The notes below the pieces were generated by a model, which saw nothing but the letters and a program-made list of their open reading frames with translations, searched no databases and was not told the origin of the DNA. This document shows, piece by piece, positions 60,301 through 64,000 of a stretch of 64,000 bases of DNA (position 1 is its first letter; every line of letters starts with the position of its first letter). The position numbers and the translations under genes were made by a program. Location of the stretch: contig OZ024740.1 in the NCBI GenBank assembly GCA_964016885.1, positions 193,316,001-193,380,000 on the forward strand, given 5' to 3'. The stretch is from Eledone cirrhosa (lineage: Eukaryota).

Positions 60301-61253
60301 ATATATATATATATACCATAAATATACACGTAAATTGAAAACAAAATGGTTTAACAGGTAGGCATGTTTAGATTCCTATATATTAAACTTGTGTACATTT
60401 ATATACACATTAGTGCACTCTCGTTTACCCACTTTCTATATATACAGAAATAAATTTATCGTGCATTTGTCCGCTTAGTACACTTCAAAAGACATATCTT
60501 AATTAATAATACGAGCGTTAATTACATGTAATTCTATGAGCGATTGGTTTTATAAGCCTATCAAATACGTGTTTCCATGTATCTTTTTTATATGATACAC
60601 ATGCCTCCTGGTGAAGGCCCAAGTTCGAAAATCGATTAAATATGTTTATGATGTTCTTTCAATTTACGATTGAAATCGATTAGAACCTGCAATAAATATC
60701 AGATCCGGGAGAGGCTGACTATTATTGGTGTGATATTGGCTAAGACTAACGTGAGCACACACACAAAGTTACAGCACAATGATCGAGAACGACCTTTCAT
60801 TTACCCCACACGTGGGCAAGTCCAATAAATAACCGTCAATTTTAAGCAGAATCGTACAACCAGCAACGTTCCACGACATGTTTATTTTACCTTCGGAAAA
60901 CCACCCCCATCCGAATATAGGGACTACTAAATATGTTAAGGTACACAGACTCTGGAGTTCTTCTTTTTCCTCTTTTCTGCTTACTCCTTTTACTTTAGTT
61001 TACATTTGCTTTCCTTTCCTTTTCCTTTTCCTTCTCCTATTGCCACTGGATGTCGTTGCCAGAAGATTTACTCATCTGCATTGTACAGGCTTCCAAACTG
61101 ACTATTTTTCATATTCCACAATGCTTCAAGCAAAGCTGAACAGTCCCTTGTATGTATGTATATATATATATATATATATAAAATAAAGGGTTGGCAAATA
61201 GAGAAACAGTTTTAAAATAAATTTTTTAAAGTTCGCTGTACGTACTATATGTA

Positions 61254-61335
61254 CCCTTACCACGCGGTTTGAAATCCCAAAATAAATGGATAATCCAGGC
61301 GGACCACCATTGAGAGGGAGATTCTTGTCAGAAGA
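61254..61335 (-). ncRNA. Decayed hammerhead in a TA-bounded island
   Basis: tctt CTGACAA gaatctc...gggattt CAAA ccgcgtgg TA aggg; two core substitutions. Confidence 0.4.
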
Positions 61336-63686
61336 ATATATATATACACACACATATATATGTATATATATGAATGTATGTATACAAACATATATATATG
61401 TGTATGTGGTGTGTGGGTGTATGTTGTGTGTGTGTATGCGTGTGTGTATATACATAATAATGTGTGTGCTGTGTGCGTGTGAGTATTCGTTTCTGTTTGA
61501 AATGTCAGTTATGTATCAGGAAGCATTGCACGTGTATACATCTGTAATTATGGACACGTTTGTATTCACACACATTTATACTGCCATGATAAAATAACAC
61601 ATATTCCATTGGCTGTTACCCCTTCTGCCACCGCCACCGCCTTCACTATAGAATGTGGAACGTTGTTCTTTGTTGCCGTAAGTTAGAAGTGATACGAGTT
61701 GAAAAGTAAATGGAATGAATGAACTATGACGAGCTTGATGACATTTAGGACGACGTTAGACATTTCTGTGGTGCAGGTCAATAGTTTATTCCAACATCAT
61801 CTATATAAGTTGGCGGGAGTTTGCATGTTAGTTGTTAACATTTACCATACTAAAAAATGGCAACATATTAAATGTTATATCTAGAGATTATATTTCATTC
61901 CAATATGTATATGTTGTCATACTACATATAAATATTTGCAAAGTTTCACAATGTATCAATTGTACCTTCCCTACACAAGAAAAAGGAATTACTTGCACGC
62001 ATTTCCGCAGCAAGACATGCTTAACATAATTTGATACGCATATACAAATACGTATTCACACACATTAGCAGACACATTTATTCATAGTGAAAGCATAATG
62101 GAGAGTGTCTGCCCTTTATTCTTTTCACAGAGAGGCCGTGGTTCTATCTACATTAAACATTAGTTAATTATGCTAATATTCATTGTCTGCTATCATAGAT
62201 ATTTCTTATTTAATTAATTACAATAAATGATTATTGCTCATTATCCAAATTCAAGTGATCAACTTGGTTGTATTTTACATGCTGTGTAGTATTTATAGCG
62301 ATGCTATCGAAATATATCTGTGTCAACGTAATCACAGGAGATTTTATCTTCTGATGAAAAGACAATGATATCCGACATGCAAAACGAAAGGTAATATATT
62401 AAGTAATATGTATGCAGATGGAAATAATTGGGTCTTTCCACGGAGTGGCTTTTAATTGAAAACATCAAATATACCATGTTTTATGGGTATCTTGCTGGGC
62501 ATAGTCCACCAGCTATGTATAGGTTTCCGTTTATATTATAAAAAGCATGGTCTATCCCTATGGTATTCAATAACATGACATCTTGCGCTACATCTACTGT
62601 AATCAAACCAGTATTTCTATTATTCTTCTTCAGCTAATTCCATCAGGTTTAGATAATGATTTGGACAAGCCCAAGTTCTTGGAGTTCTGAACTTTAAGGA
62701 CCTATTCGTAAGGGATTTGAAGCATTTTGTTTGACGTATAATAACCATAGGTTAATATTTACCCAGCATTCGTCAATGAATTTTGAGTATGAATCTTGAA
62801 TTCTTAAGCGCTTAAGTATATTAATATATTCTTTGGGGAAAGGACAGATAATGGTGGTAAGTAATATTAGCATTAGATTCAGTATTGCCAACTTTGATAT
62901 TTGATATATAATCTGTTACAAAGGACGTTTATATATGCTGAAATTAAATCAAATGATTTAGTGTATAAAAAATACGTTTTCTAAATGTTCTTGCATATTC
63001 TCATCACAAAAAACTTCATGTCAGTCGTAATAAGCTATTATATTTTATTATCGAGTGCCGGTTATGTAACGATTCTCTTTTAATGATTCTGAGCCTTTTC
63101 CTGCTCTCACCGTTGTTACTTCGTATCAATTTTCTAGATGTTCTAAATCCCACCCTCGCTTTATGCAGACTAGGGATATTCTATCAACAGCAGGTTTGCA
63201 GCATTGAATATGGAAGGCATGCCAAAACAAAAAAACAATTATTTCTCTCAATTACAATAAGTTATGTTGCAGCAGTAATTTAAAATTGGCATCACAAGTG
63301 TACAGTTTTGATATATTATTTTACATCTGAACGATATACTTCTGAAAAGATGTCTCTTTCCTATGAAGGTAACGGTGTAACTTGTTTTGTAACATCACCG
63401 AATGAAGTTCCGTGAATGGTCATACCAAAACAAAACAAAAGAACCAGAAAAATATGGAATCTCAAACCTGCCTGCCAGTCTCCGTCAGCAAACAGCTGGC
63501 TATTTCACAAGTTTGCAAAAGGTGTTCCAGCCTAAAATAAGACCAGAATATGTTGGAGAGAGGAGAAGAAACGAAAGTACGAAAATGAATGGGACCAGTC
63601 TAAAAGCAAATAGGGTGATAGAAGTACATTCTGGAATGAGACTAAAATAACTCGATTACCTGAGCTTCGTAGCTGTCCAAAAGAGA

Positions 63687-63687
<1 letters not shown>

Positions 63688-63725
<38 letters not shown>

Positions 63726-63768
63726 AAGCAGTAGCAGCGGTAGTAGTAGTAGTAGTTGTAGTAGTAGC

Positions 63769-63815
<47 letters not shown>

Positions 63816-63845
63816 AAGTAGTAGTAGTAAGAAGAAGAAGAAGAA
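63688..63845. repeat. (GTA)n then (GAA)n microsatellite
   Basis: Direct reading. Confidence 0.95.
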
Positions 63846-64000
63846 AAAACCAGTGTGTACTTTTACTTTACATTGTTTGCATTTTATTAGAAAGTTTATT
63901 ATCAGAAAATTATAAGTAAACGAAATACAAGAATATAATACAGACAGCAAAAATACGATAAATAAATGAGATTGACAAAAAATATAGCCACCGAGTGGAC

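Overview
AT-rich eukaryotic DNA with no recognisable host gene. It is most likely from an octopod cephalopod, inferred from the tRNA-headed SINE family, the RTE 3' tail ending in (GAT)n and the very long (TA)n tracts. The window is a transposon graveyard: SINEs, RTE, CR1-group and Tx1 LINE pieces, a Helitron Rep remnant, a Chapaev3-like transposase remnant and three Penelope-like (PLE) GIY-YIG endonuclease fragments. The main signal is RNA-level and invisible in the ORF track. The short unique islands embedded in the (TA)n tracts carry about 22 type I hammerhead ribozyme motifs (CUGANGA ... GAAA ... UH) in at least seven sequence families. Many show compensatory or G-U-preserving changes and palindromic stem III, and some have long stem II or variant cores. 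The islands form fold-back inverted repeats, terminally redundant monomers (about 444, 466 and 523 nt) and, in one case, two different circular permutations of the same monomer. This fits a (TA)n-targeted, PLE-mobilised retrozyme/circular-RNA system. All folds and alignments were read by eye; activity is untested. The many YI/VC/HT ORFs are microsatellite artefacts.
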